From Candidatus Geohabitans tengchongensis (GTDB taxonomy: Bacteria; Sysuimicrobiota; Sysuimicrobiia; Sysuimicrobiales; Humicultoraceae), in NCBI GenBank assembly GCA_031459625.1, contig JAVKIH010000013.1:1-22909 (forward strand): DNA of 22,909 nucleotides. Direction: 5' to 3'. The notes below the pieces were generated by a model. The model saw only the letters and a program-made list of their open reading frames with translations, made no database searches and was not told where the DNA came from. The translations under genes were made by a program, and so were the position numbers. Every line of letters starts with the position of its first letter. The stretch's first letter is position 1. This document shows positions 1-9,768 of the stretch, one piece after another.

Positions 1-123
1 CTCAAGCGGTCCTCAAGGCTGTCGGGCTGCCCCGCCTCACGCCCCCTGAGCCCTGTAGTGAAATTGCCTGAACAGGAATGGCTCAACCATGCGGGTTTCA
101 GCCCCGTCAATGTCAAACATGGG
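1..123 (+). mobile_element. Probable right end of an IS1634-family-like insertion sequence (transposase C-terminus 3..71 plus terminal repeat ending at 123)
   Basis: The frame from base 3 reads QAVLKAVGLPRLTPPEPCSEIA* (TGA 69-71). It contains TGTAGTG (54-60), is followed by an AT-richer spacer and ends in TGTCAAACATGGG (111-123). This layout resembles IS1634 right ends as I recall them. The rest of the element lies outside the window. Confidence 0.45.
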
Positions 124-172
124 CTAGCCGGAGGGGCGCTGCCCGGGCCCGGGACAAGGTCAACGGGAAAGG

Positions 173-613
173 TCAACGGGCGGGCTGGGGAGGCCGCAGC
201 GCCCGCAGGGCGGCCAGCAGCACCTCCAGGGCTTGGGCCACTTCCGGACTGCGAAGCGCCTGCCAGACCTCCCGGACACGCATGGGCCGGGTGCGCGGCT
301 GGGCCAGCTTCTCGTTGGCGGCCTGCGCCGCGTACAGGGCCAGGCGGAACAGGGGCTCGTAGCGAACCTGGCCCAGGACGCCCAGGAGCATCATGGCGTT
401 GGCCACCAGGGTCATAAGCTCCGGACGGGTGGCAGCGCTGAACTGTTCGTCGAACTCCTCCATCACGCCGTCGACGGCGGCCAGGAGCCCGCTGCGCTGC
501 AGTCGGCCCACCACGTCCAGGAGCTGCTCCACCGCGTCCGCGTGCTCGGCCAGCTTGGCCAGCACGCGGTCCAGCGCCTGCCGGTCCACGTCCCGCACGC
601 TCACCTCGCCCAT
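173..613 (-). CDS. DUF1641-like helical protein (146 aa), typical partner of SQR-like oxidoreductases
   Basis: ATG at 613 preceded by GAGGTG. Sequence MGEVSVRDVDRQALDRVLAKLAEH...LQRSGLLAAVDG...MRVREVWQALRSPEVAQALEVLL; the C-terminal ALRSPEV..AL motif is DUF1641-like. Starts 11 nt after the sqr-like stop. Confidence 0.75.
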   Translation of the reverse strand: MGEVSVRDVDRQALDRVLAKLAEHADAVEQLLDVVGRLQRSGLLAAVDGVMEEFDEQFSAATRPELMTLVANAMMLLGVLGQVRYEPLFRLALYAAQAANEKLAQPRTRPMRVREVWQALRSPEVAQALEVLLAALRALRPPQPAR

Positions 614-624
614 GGCATCCCACC

Positions 625-1779
625 TCACCGCCCGAACAGGCTCGCGAACCACAGACGCTCGAACCCCACCTTCACCGACCGAAACAGCCGCATGCCCCCC
701 AACAGCCGGCAGTCCGGGTAGGACGACCGCCCGTACAGTTTGTCGGTGAAGTCGCACCACACCGCGGCGCCGATGTAGCCCGTGTCCATCACGCACACGC
801 CCACCATGTTGTAGAGCTCCCCCAGGTACGCCCCGCGCACCCGGTCCAGGATCTGGGTCACCACGTGGTCGGCCTGGAAGTGGGCGAACACCCCCGCCAT
901 GCCCAGGCCGATGGTGGGCGCCACGACGTCGCCGATCCCGAACACCTCCGGGTACCGCAGCGAGGCCATGCTGGGGAGCGCCACGTCCATGTACCCCTCC
1001 CCCGTCGCCAGGGGTGACTGGCGTACGGGCTCCGGCGGCGCGTGGGGTGGGATGAGGATGGCCAGGTCGTACTCCAGGGATCGCCCGTCTGCGGAACGCA
1101 GTGCCCGGGCGTCACGGTCATGGGCGACCAGCTGGAAACCTCCCTGGAAGTCCACCCGGAACTGCTGGAGGAACGTCCGAAAGCCTTCCACCATCAAGGG
1201 CCCGAAGGTCTCCATGGGCTGTTGCCACGGGTGGAACACCGTGATGCGGGTGCGGTCGGAGATGTGCCGCTGGTCCGCCAGGTAGCGCAGCATGAAGGCC
1301 ACCTCGAAGGGCGCGGGCGGGCAGCGGTACGGCCACTCCACCGGGCCCACCACCACGTGTCCACCGTGGAACCCCCGCAGGGCCTCCCGCAGCCGCACCG
1401 CGTACTCCAGCTCCCACGGCCCCTCGAAGCCGTCCGTGCGGGGGTCGGGCCGCAGGACGGCACCCAGGGCCACTACCAGGACGTCGTAGTCCAGCGAACC
1501 CGCGTCCGTGTCCACTCGGCGCGCCTCCGGTTCGATGCGCGTCACCGTGGCGTGCACCACCTTCGTGCCGTACCGCGCCTCCAGAAGCTTCAACGGACGG
1601 CGTACCTGATCGGGGTCGCGCTTGCCCATCATCACCCACAGGTAGCTGGGCCGGTACTCGTGCCACGGGCTGCGGTCCACCAGGACCACCTCCACCTCGC
1701 CGGGCCGGGACCACTCCGCCAGGCGCTTGGCAGCGATGGCCCCGCCGCTTCCCCCGCCCAGGATCACCACGCGGTGCAT
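625..1779 (-). CDS. FAD-dependent oxidoreductase, sulfide:quinone oxidoreductase (SQR)-like
   Basis: N-terminal VVILGGGSGG Rossmann motif, YRCPPAPFE (first redox Cys), VFGIGDV FAD motif and GVCVMDTG (second Cys). Strong AAAGGAGG RBS upstream. Confidence 0.85.
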   Translation of the reverse strand: MHRVVILGGGSGGAIAAKRLAEWSRPGEVEVVLVDRSPWHEYRPSYLWVMMGKRDPDQVRRPLKLLEARYGTKVVHATVTRIEPEARRVDTDAGSLDYDVLVVALGAVLRPDPRTDGFEGPWELEYAVRLREALRGFHGGHVVVGPVEWPYRCPPAPFEVAFMLRYLADQRHISDRTRITVFHPWQQPMETFGPLMVEGFRTFLQQFRVDFQGGFQLVAHDRDARALRSADGRSLEYDLAILIPPHAPPEPVRQSPLATGEGYMDVALPSMASLRYPEVFGIGDVVAPTIGLGMAGVFAHFQADHVVTQILDRVRGAYLGELYNMVGVCVMDTGYIGAAVWCDFTDKLYGRSSYPDCRLLGGMRLFRSVKVGFERLWFASLFGR

Positions 1780-1807
1780 CGCGCTCCGCCTCCTTTCCAG
1801 CCGCAGG

Positions 1808-1906
1808 GTATCGTGACTGTAGGCCGAGGGCCATCCGGCGGTCGCCCGAACCGACCGTACCGTGACCGTGGGTCGAGGGCCATCGGGCGGTCGCCCGAAC
1901 CGACCG
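1808..1906. repeat. Two-copy 49-bp tandem repeat, each unit carrying a CGGTCG-N7-CGACCG hairpin, in the sqr upstream region
   Basis: gtatcgtgactgtaggccgagggccatccggcggtcgcccgaaccgacc (1808-1856) versus gtaccgtgaccgtgggtcgagggccatcgggcggtcgcccgaaccgacc (1857-1905). Confidence 0.9.
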
Positions 1907-1991
1907 CTAATCCTGCGACGGCGCCGTCAGGTCTTGACGGCTCCCCTCGCGGCCGAGGGAGCACCGCCCCAGACGCGGGCGAGGCCGCGGA

Positions 1992-3116
1992 TCACTCGAA
2001 GACGACCAGAGCCCAGACGACCTCGGTCCGCGGGTCGAAGAAGACGCCAATCCCCTCGCGCGGCCAGTAGGCGGCCGGGCTTCCGTCGCGGGCCGAGGCA
2101 AAGGTCCGGGAGCCCTGGACGCGCGGGCCGATCCGCGGTTCGCCCAGGACCCTGACGAACTCGGCCAGCCGCATCCCCCGGCGCAGCCCCTCCTCGGTCC
2201 GGTGACGCGAGAGGGTCGAGGCGATGAGCGCGACGGTCTCCTGCCCGGGAGGCCCGACCAGGATCATCCAGGCCGCGAAGGCGTCGCCCGCGCCGCGCCA
2301 GGCGCGGATGCGACACGAGGTGCCCCGGGTCCGCTCCTCCGGGCTGGTGCAGTCCTCGGCGATGCTGGCCGTGCCCCCGAAGGTCGTGATGGCCGCCGCC
2401 GAGGCTTCGTTGAGCGTCATGCCGAGCGCGATGCCCGAGATGCGCTCCCCCGGCACGACCAGATCGTCAAAGGCCGGAGCGCTGCGCACCACGGTCGGGT
2501 TCTGCACCTGCGCCCGGACCCAGTTGCTGGGGGCGGCGAAGGAGAACCCGGAACCACCGTGGAGCCGCCCGACGTGGACGCCGACCACCTCCGCCCGCAG
2601 GTTCACGACAGGGCTGCCGCTCCCGCCCCCGAAGGTGGCCGCATCGTACTGGATGAAGCCCTCGCGGCCCCGGGTGGCACTGATGATGCCGCGCGTCACG
2701 CTCGGCTCGCGCACCTGGGCGCCCAGGAGCGCCGGGTAGCCGATGACCAGGATCTCCTCCCCCTGCTGCAGCCGGTCCGAGTCCGCCAAATCGAGGGCGA
2801 CGCAGGGCGGCCGTCCCTGCACCAGGGCGACATCCCTGGTGCGGTCGAAGCCGACCACCGTCCCCGGGTAGGAGGGACCCTGCCCATGGACGGTCACCTG
2901 CCGGGCGCGTCCCACCACGTGGGCGGCCGTCGCCAGGTGACAGCCACCCGAGACGTAGAAGCCACTGCCGAGGCTGCTGGGCGCCTCGACAATGACCACG
3001 GCGGGCTTCACCCGCTCGATGACCGCCACGTACGGCGACTGGGCTTCCGCAGGTCCGGAAGCCAGGCTCGCGACCAGCAGGGCCAGGAGGCACGAGGCGA
3101 GGGCCAGCGGTCTCAT
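1992..3116 (-). CDS. Secreted trypsin-like (S1C/HtrA-like) serine protease with a non-PDZ C-terminal domain (374 aa)
   Basis: Signal peptide MRPLALASCLLALLVASLASGPAEA, then GSGF, TAAHVV (His), DVALV (Asp) and GGSGSP (Ser) motifs. ATG at 3116; the upstream part of the 878-aa track ORF is a shadow of the opposite-strand gene. Confidence 0.85.
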   Translation of the reverse strand: MRPLALASCLLALLVASLASGPAEAQSPYVAVIERVKPAVVIVEAPSSLGSGFYVSGGCHLATAAHVVGRARQVTVHGQGPSYPGTVVGFDRTRDVALVQGRPPCVALDLADSDRLQQGEEILVIGYPALLGAQVREPSVTRGIISATRGREGFIQYDAATFGGGSGSPVVNLRAEVVGVHVGRLHGGSGFSFAAPSNWVRAQVQNPTVVRSAPAFDDLVVPGERISGIALGMTLNEASAAAITTFGGTASIAEDCTSPEERTRGTSCRIRAWRGAGDAFAAWMILVGPPGQETVALIASTLSRHRTEEGLRRGMRLAEFVRVLGEPRIGPRVQGSRTFASARDGSPAAYWPREGIGVFFDPRTEVVWALVVFE

Positions 3117-3362
3117 CGCGCCACCCCCTGGGTAGGAGGTTTGTCTCAAGACTGGGGATTCCTCCATGCGCGGGGGCGGCCCGTGCCCGGGCGAAGTTGC
3201 CACGATCCTCCCGCGACATTGCCTGGCGCCTGCCGTGCGCCCCCGAGCCGGCGCGGGGGTGGGTGGGGGGCCGGAGCCGGTGCGGGTACCGGGTCTCTCC
3301 CTGCCGTGGTCGCCCCGCCCGCGAGGCGGTACACTGGCCCTGAGGGCATTCCGGCGATCACC

Positions 3363-4664
3363 ATGGCGACCGAGGTCTTTGCCGAGGAGATCGAGGCCTT
3401 CCTCGAGCAGGTCGAGGGCGTGGCCGCCGCCCGCGTCGTCGCCACCGACGAGGGGCGCATCGACCGCATCTACCTGACCACGGAGACCCAGCGCGACGAC
3501 GCCGCGCTGCGGCGGGCGGTGACGGCGGCGCTGGCCAGCCGCTACCGCCTCCACCTGGAAGGGTGGCGGGTCCAGATCGCCCACCTGGAGCCCGATCCCA
3601 CCCGACGGCCGCACTTCCACCTCCACCGGCTCGAGGAGACGCTCACCGGGGAGGCCACGCGCGTCATCGTCGAGCTGCGCTACACCCGCAACGGCGGGGC
3701 CCGCACGACGACGGGGAGCGCGGAGGCGCCGACAGGGGGAGGCGCCGTCCGCGTCCGCACCGCCGCGCAGGCCGCCCTGGCCGCCGTGCGTCCCGTCCTG
3801 GAGGCGCTGGGGTGGCGGCCGGCGCTGGAGGCCGCGACGGTGATGCCCTTCGGCGGCACGCAGGTGGCGCTGGCCGCCGTGACCCTCGCCGGCGGCGGGG
3901 CCCTCAACGCACGGGGGCAGGTGCACATCGGCGCGGTTGCCGTCAGTGGCAGCGAGACCGAGGCGGTCGTGCGCGCGGTGCTGCGTGCGGTCGGGACGAC
4001 CGACGACCTGCCCGAGCCGCCGCGGGACCGCCGCGAGCGCATGGAGGCGCTGCGGGCCCACTACCACCGCCTGATCCGCCTGCCCGAGGCCGGGGAGGTG
4101 GCGGCGGCTGCGGAGGAGGAGAGCTTGCCGGAGCCGCCGCCGGCCGTGAGCGCCTCGGAGGCCGGCCCGGAGCCCGCGCCCGACGCCCCGCCCCAGGCTG
4201 CCACGCCTGCCGACGTCCCGCCCCAGGCTGCCACGGAAGCGCCGGCGGTGCCGGGACGCCCGTCGGTCTCGTGGGTCTCCGGAGGTGCGGATCCGGCCGG
4301 AGCGCCCAGTGCGGGAGCGTCCACCGGTGCCGCGGGGCTCCAGGAGATCCGTCCCGAAGTCGAGGGAGGTGCGGTGATGGCGACACGCGAGGAGCCGCAG
4401 CAGCGGGTGGAGGCGGTGTCCCGTCCCCCGGCGCGGCACGGGGCGCTGGAGGACGACTTCTACCGCCGCCTGGTCCACAGTGGCGTGCCCGTGCACATCC
4501 GCTGCCGGGACGGCTATGAGATCCCCGACGGCATCGTCAAGGACTTCGGCACCTACTGCCTGCTGGTGGAGAGCCAGGGGGTGGAGGAGCTCCTCTTCAA
4601 GCACGCCATCCTGACCATCCGCCCGCACCGTCCCGTGCCCCGCGACCTCCCCCTGCAGGCCTAG
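3363..4664 (+). CDS. Multidomain protein (433 aa): uncharacterised N-terminal domain, Pro/Ala-rich linker, C-terminal Hfq-like (Sm) domain
   Basis: ATG at 3363. The C-terminus [60 protein letters not shown] (4446-4625) aligns by eye to Hfq (LQDPF...VPVSI...G...G.I.SFDQF...YKHAISTVVP). There is an internal in-frame ATG at 4377 with GGGAGGT 6 nt upstream. Confidence 0.8.
   Translation: MATEVFAEEIEAFLEQVEGVAAARVVATDEGRIDRIYLTTETQRDDAALRRAVTAALASRYRLHLEGWRVQIAHLEPDPTRRPHFHLHRLEETLTGEATRVIVELRYTRNGGARTTTGSAEAPTGGGAVRVRTAAQAALAAVRPVLEALGWRPALEAATVMPFGGTQVALAAVTLAGGGALNARGQVHIGAVAVSGSETEAVVRAVLRAVGTTDDLPEPPRDRRERMEALRAHYHRLIRLPEAGEVAAAAEEESLPEPPPAVSASEAGPEPAPDAPPQAATPADVPPQAATEAPAVPGRPSVSWVSGGADPAGAPSAGASTGAAGLQEIRPEVEGGAVMATREEPQQRVEAVSRPPARHGALEDDFYRRLVHSGVPVHIRCRDGYEIPDGIVKDFGTYCLLVESQGVEELLFKHAILTIRPHRPVPRDLPLQA
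4181..4235 (+). repeat. 30-bp in-frame tandem repeat in the linker ([10 protein letters not shown] / DVPPQAAT)
   Basis: cgacgccccgccccaggctgccacg at 4181 and cgacgtcccgccccaggctgccacg at 4211. Confidence 0.85.
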
Positions 4665-4672
4665 CCCGCCGC

Positions 4673-6223
4673 GTGCCCCCCGAGGACCTCCTGGAGGAGC
4701 TGCGCCGCCGCCGCGCCCGGGTGGAGGCGATGGGCGGTCCGGAGCGGGTGGCCCGCCAGCACGCCGCCGGCAAGCTCACCGCGCGGGAACGGCTGGCGGT
4801 CTTGCTCGACCCCGGCTCCTTCGTCGAGCTCGACCGCTTCGTCACCCACCGCGGCCGCGACTTCGGCCTCGACCGCCTGGAGGCGCCCGCCGACGGGGTG
4901 GTCACCGGCCACGGCACCATCGACGGCCGGCCGGTGGCGGTCTTCTCCCAGGACTTCACCGTGCTCGGAGGATCCCTCGGCGAGGCGCACGCCGAGAAGA
5001 TCGTCAAGGTGATGGACCTGGCCCTGCGCGTCGGCATGCCGGTCATCGGCCTGAACGACTCGGGCGGGGCGCGCATCCAGGAGGGGGTGGCGGCGCTCGG
5101 CGGCTACGCGGAGATCTTCTTGCGCAACACGCTGGCCTCCGGCGTGATCCCGCAGCTCTCCCTCATCCTGGGCCCCTGCGCCGGCGGGGCGGTCTACTCG
5201 CCGGCCATCACCGACTTCACCATCATGGTGCGCGGGACGTCTTACATGTACGTCACCGGCCCGCAGGTGGTGCGGGCGGTGACGCGGGAGGAGGTCACCC
5301 ACGAGCAGCTCGGCGGGGCGGACGTGCACGCCGAGCGCAGCGGCGTGGCGCACCTCGTGGCCGAGGACGACGAGGAGGCCCTCACGCTGGCACGGCGGCT
5401 GCTGGCCTACCTCCCCCAGAACAACCTGGAGGAGCCGCCGCGCCTGCCCCCCACCGACGATCCGGGCCGCATGGAGGACGCGCTCAACACGCTGGTCCCG
5501 GAGGACCCCCAGCGTCCCTACGACATGCACGAGGTCATCCGCCTGATCGTGGACCACGGCGAGTTCCTGGAGGTCCAGCCGGCGTTCGCCCGCAACCTGC
5601 TGGTGGGCTTCGCCCGCCTGCACGGCCGACCGGTGGGCATCGTGGCGCAACAGCCCAGCGTGCTGGCCGGGGTGCTCGACATCGACGCCTCGGTGAAGGG
5701 GGCGCGCTTCATCCGCTTCTGCGACGCCTTCAACATCCCGCTGGTGACCTTCGTGGACGTGCCGGGGTTCATGCCGGGCACAGCGCAGGAGTACGGCGGC
5801 ATCATCCGCCACGGGGCCAAGCTCCTCTACGCCTACTGCGAGGCCACCGTCCCCAAGCTCGCCGTCATCACCCGCAAGGCCTACGGCGGCGCCTACGACG
5901 TGATGTCGAGCAAGCACATCCGCGGCGACCTCAACCTGGCCTGGCCCACGGCGGAGATCGCCGTCATGGGGCCAGAGGCGGCCATCGACATCATCTTCCG
6001 GCGGGAGCTGGCCGAGGCGCCCGACCCGGAGGCCCGCCGCCGCGAGCTCGTGGCCGAGTACCGGGCGCGCTTCGCCAACCCGTACGTGGCCGCCGCGCGG
6101 GGCTACCTGGACGACGTCATCGAACCCCGCGAGACCCGCCCCCGTCTCATCGCCGCCCTCGAGGTCCTGGCCCACAAGCGCCAGAGCCCGCCGCGCCGCA
6201 AGCACGGCAACATCCCTCTGTAG
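4673..6223 (+). CDS. pccB: Acyl-CoA carboxylase carboxyltransferase subunit (propionyl-CoA carboxylase beta-like)
   Basis: [35 protein letters not shown] and C-terminal KHGNIPL motifs. Clustered with mutase and epimerase genes. Confidence 0.92.
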   Translation: MPPEDLLEELRRRRARVEAMGGPERVARQHAAGKLTARERLAVLLDPGSFVELDRFVTHRGRDFGLDRLEAPADGVVTGHGTIDGRPVAVFSQDFTVLGGSLGEAHAEKIVKVMDLALRVGMPVIGLNDSGGARIQEGVAALGGYAEIFLRNTLASGVIPQLSLILGPCAGGAVYSPAITDFTIMVRGTSYMYVTGPQVVRAVTREEVTHEQLGGADVHAERSGVAHLVAEDDEEALTLARRLLAYLPQNNLEEPPRLPPTDDPGRMEDALNTLVPEDPQRPYDMHEVIRLIVDHGEFLEVQPAFARNLLVGFARLHGRPVGIVAQQPSVLAGVLDIDASVKGARFIRFCDAFNIPLVTFVDVPGFMPGTAQEYGGIIRHGAKLLYAYCEATVPKLAVITRKAYGGAYDVMSSKHIRGDLNLAWPTAEIAVMGPEAAIDIIFRRELAEAPDPEARRRELVAEYRARFANPYVAAARGYLDDVIEPRETRPRLIAALEVLAHKRQSPPRRKHGNIPL

Positions 6224-6314
6224 GGGAGAGCGTCCGGCACCTGCAGGGCGTCCGGCCCGCACCCCCCGGGAGTCTACCGGCCGGGCGACTGGCGCTCCCC
6301 GCTGATCGGCTGGT

Positions 6315-6360
6315 TATAATAAGAGCCGGGAAGGCTGCCGGACCCTGTGCGTAGGGAGGT
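6315..6360 (+). promoter_or_regulatory. Candidate -10 box and strong RBS for the SPW-repeat gene
   Basis: Perfect TATAAT at 6315-6320 in otherwise very GC-rich DNA; AGGGAGGT at 6353-6360. No clear -35. Confidence 0.55.
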
Positions 6361-6368
6361 GATGCGCC

Positions 6369-6716
6369 ATGGTCTGGGCGAACTGGGTCAACGCCCTGGT
6401 CGGCCTCTGGTTCATCATCGCGCCCTTCGCGCTGGGCTTCCGGGACCAGAGCGGGGCCACCTGGCTGAGCATCATCGGCGGCGCCATCCTGCTCGTCCTG
6501 GCGGCCTGGGCCGCCATGAGCGAGGAGGCGCGGCGACAGCGGTGGATCCAGTACGTGAACGGCCTGATCGGGCTGTGGTTCATCGTCTTCCCCTTCGTGC
6601 TGGGCCTCACCGCCCGGTCGGCCGTCACCTGGACCTCCGTGATCGGTGGCCTGATCGCGCTGGTGCTCAGCGCCTGGCTGGCGTTCAGCGTCCTGCCGCG
6701 CGAAGCCCGCGCCTGA
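6369..6716 (+). CDS. SPW-repeat membrane protein (115 aa, about 4 TM helices)
   Basis: Two internal repeats WVNALVGLWFIIAPFALGF and YVNGLIGLWFIVFPFVLGL; RBS 8 nt upstream. Confidence 0.85.
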   Translation: MVWANWVNALVGLWFIIAPFALGFRDQSGATWLSIIGGAILLVLAAWAAMSEEARRQRWIQYVNGLIGLWFIVFPFVLGLTARSAVTWTSVIGGLIALVLSAWLAFSVLPREARA

Positions 6717-6868
6717 TCTGCGCCGCCTCCTGAGGGCGGCACGCTGTCTTGGCCTGTCTCGTCCGGCCGGCGGCCTTCCCACCCCGCCGCCACGCAGACC
6801 CACCGGTCGGTGCGCCGGGAGATCGTGGTCGGGCCGCATCCGGCCCTGACCGGCGCGAGGAGGCTTCC

Positions 6869-7036
6869 ATGCTGCTGGTCGCCATCGCCGCCGCTATCGG
6901 CGTCGTGCTCCCGCTCGTCCGCTTCAGCCTGCACACCTTCCAGGTCCCGCCCGAGCAGCAGGGCGTGGCGGCCATGGCCCTCCTGGTCACCTACCTCCTC
7001 TTCCTCTCCCCCGTGCTCGCCCTGCTGGCCCCGTAG
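6869..7036 (+). CDS. Small membrane protein (55 aa, 2 hydrophobic segments)
   Basis: GAGGAGG RBS before ATG 6869; MLLVAIAAAIGVVLPLVRFSLHTFQVPPEQQGVAAMALLVTYLLFLSPVLALLAP; GC-rich third positions like neighbouring genes. Confidence 0.65.
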   Translation: MLLVAIAAAIGVVLPLVRFSLHTFQVPPEQQGVAAMALLVTYLLFLSPVLALLAP

Positions 7037-7084
7037 GAGTCCGCTCCCGGGGAGGCCCCCGTAGGAGTCCGCCCCGCGGGGAGG
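7029..7084. repeat. 28-bp tandem duplication spanning the stop codon of the small membrane gene
   Basis: ccccgtaggagtccgctcccggggagg (7029-7055) and ccccgtaggagtccgccccgcggggagg (7057-7084). Confidence 0.85.
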
Positions 7085-7124
7085 AATACTCCAGGTGTCC
7101 AGCAGCCCCGTGGGGTGGAGCGCG

Positions 7125-7603
7125 ATGAAGCTGGAGTACGTGGAACCGGGCGATCCCAAGTTCCGCGACTGGATCCGTCGCTACCGCGAGGAGATCAACG
7201 GCGAAGCCCCGCCCGACGACTGGCTCGACGGCTACCTGGAGACCCTCTTCAAGGAGCAGGGGAAGAGCCGTCACATCTTCTGGGGGGTGGACCAGGGGCG
7301 GCGGGTCGGGTGCGTGGTGACCTCCCTCCACCGCGGGATGAACGGGCGCCACCATGGGATGATCGCCGAGTTCTACGTCCACCCCGAGTACCGGCGGGAG
7401 GGGTACGGGCGGCGCATGGCCGAGGCCGTCATCGAGTTCCTGAAGGGACAGGGGGCCGGAGAGGTCTACGCCGCGGTGGTCGCTGGCAACGTCCGCGGCC
7501 TGCGCTTCTGGGAGTCCTGCGGCTTCGTCATCGCCCGCTACTCCCTCGTCTACCGGCCGGAGGCGCGCCGCGACGAGGACGAGGAGGAGGACGAGAGGAC
7601 GTT

Positions 7604-7607
<4 letters not shown>
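7125..7607 (+). CDS. GNAT-family N-acyltransferase with an acidic tail (160 aa)
   Basis: EFYVHPEYRREGYGRRM (acyl-CoA binding motif A), GNVRGLRFWESCGF and tail DEDEEEDERTF. GGAG RBS before ATG 7125. Confidence 0.88.
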
Positions 7608-9129
<1,522 letters not shown>

Positions 9130-9133
<4 letters not shown>

Positions 9134-9768
9134 CCGGCGGCACCGGCGCTGCCGACCGTTACGTGGTGGAGACGCCCTCGGGGCGGCGCGAGGTCGAGGT
9201 GGCGGAGCGCTCGCCGGGCCGGTACCGCGTGCGGGTGGAGGGGGCGGAGTATGATGTCGGGTGGCGCCGTGCGCTGGGGCAGGCCCACTGGTGGCTCGAG
9301 GTAACCGGGCGGCGCCACCTCGTCGCCGCCGAGCCCGAAGGGGACCGGCTCGGGGTCACGGTGGGGTGGAGCCACCTGGACGTGGGCGTCGGCCTGGCCC
9401 TGCCGGGGGGCCGGCGGCGGTCCGCTGACCGACGCGGTGGGCCGGTGGAGGTGCGCGCGCCGATGCCGGGGCTGCTGGTGGCGCTGGAAGGTGCGCCCGG
9501 CGCGCGGGTGACCGCCGGCCAGACCCTGGCTGTCATCGAGGCCATGAAGATGCAGATGGAGTTGCGCGCCCAGCACAGCGGCACGGTGCGCGAAGTGCGG
9601 GCGCAGGCGGGAGCCGAGGTGACGGGGGGTCAGGTCCTCCTGGTCATCGTCCCGGAGGCGGACCCCGGCGCGCGGGAGGGGGACGCCGGCGCGCCGGAGG
9701 GGGACGCCGGCACCCACGGCGGCGCCTCCGCCGGGCACCCCCGAGAGGAGGCGGGATGGGATGGCTGA
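9130..9768 (+). CDS. Biotin carboxyl carrier protein
   Basis: GTG 9130 overlaps the accC stop (GTGA). VRAPMPG and EAMKM biotinylation motif; low-complexity tail. Confidence 0.88.
9661..9711 (+). repeat. 21-bp in-frame repeat (about 2.4 copies) in the biotin carrier tail ([17 protein letters not shown])
   Basis: gaccccggcgcgcgggagggg / gacgccggcgcgccggagggg / gacgccggc. Confidence 0.8.

Noticed and set aside
1992..4664. Two long overlapping antiparallel ORFs (878 aa minus, 820 aa plus)
   Set aside because: Each is a real gene extended by the stop-free shadow of the other in GC-rich DNA; plausible starts are 3116 (-) and 3363 (+).
4661..6262. 533-aa minus ORF, and similar long antisense or off-frame ORFs (7550-9028, 9644-10831, 11325-12914, 14488-15873, 16293-17810)
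   Set aside because: They lie over well-supported genes, show no motifs and are expected from high GC3 codon bias.
7115..7603. Apparent 163-aa N-terminal extension of biotin carboxylase
   Set aside because: Arg/Gly/Pro-rich off-frame reading of the GNAT gene; homology starts at 7604.
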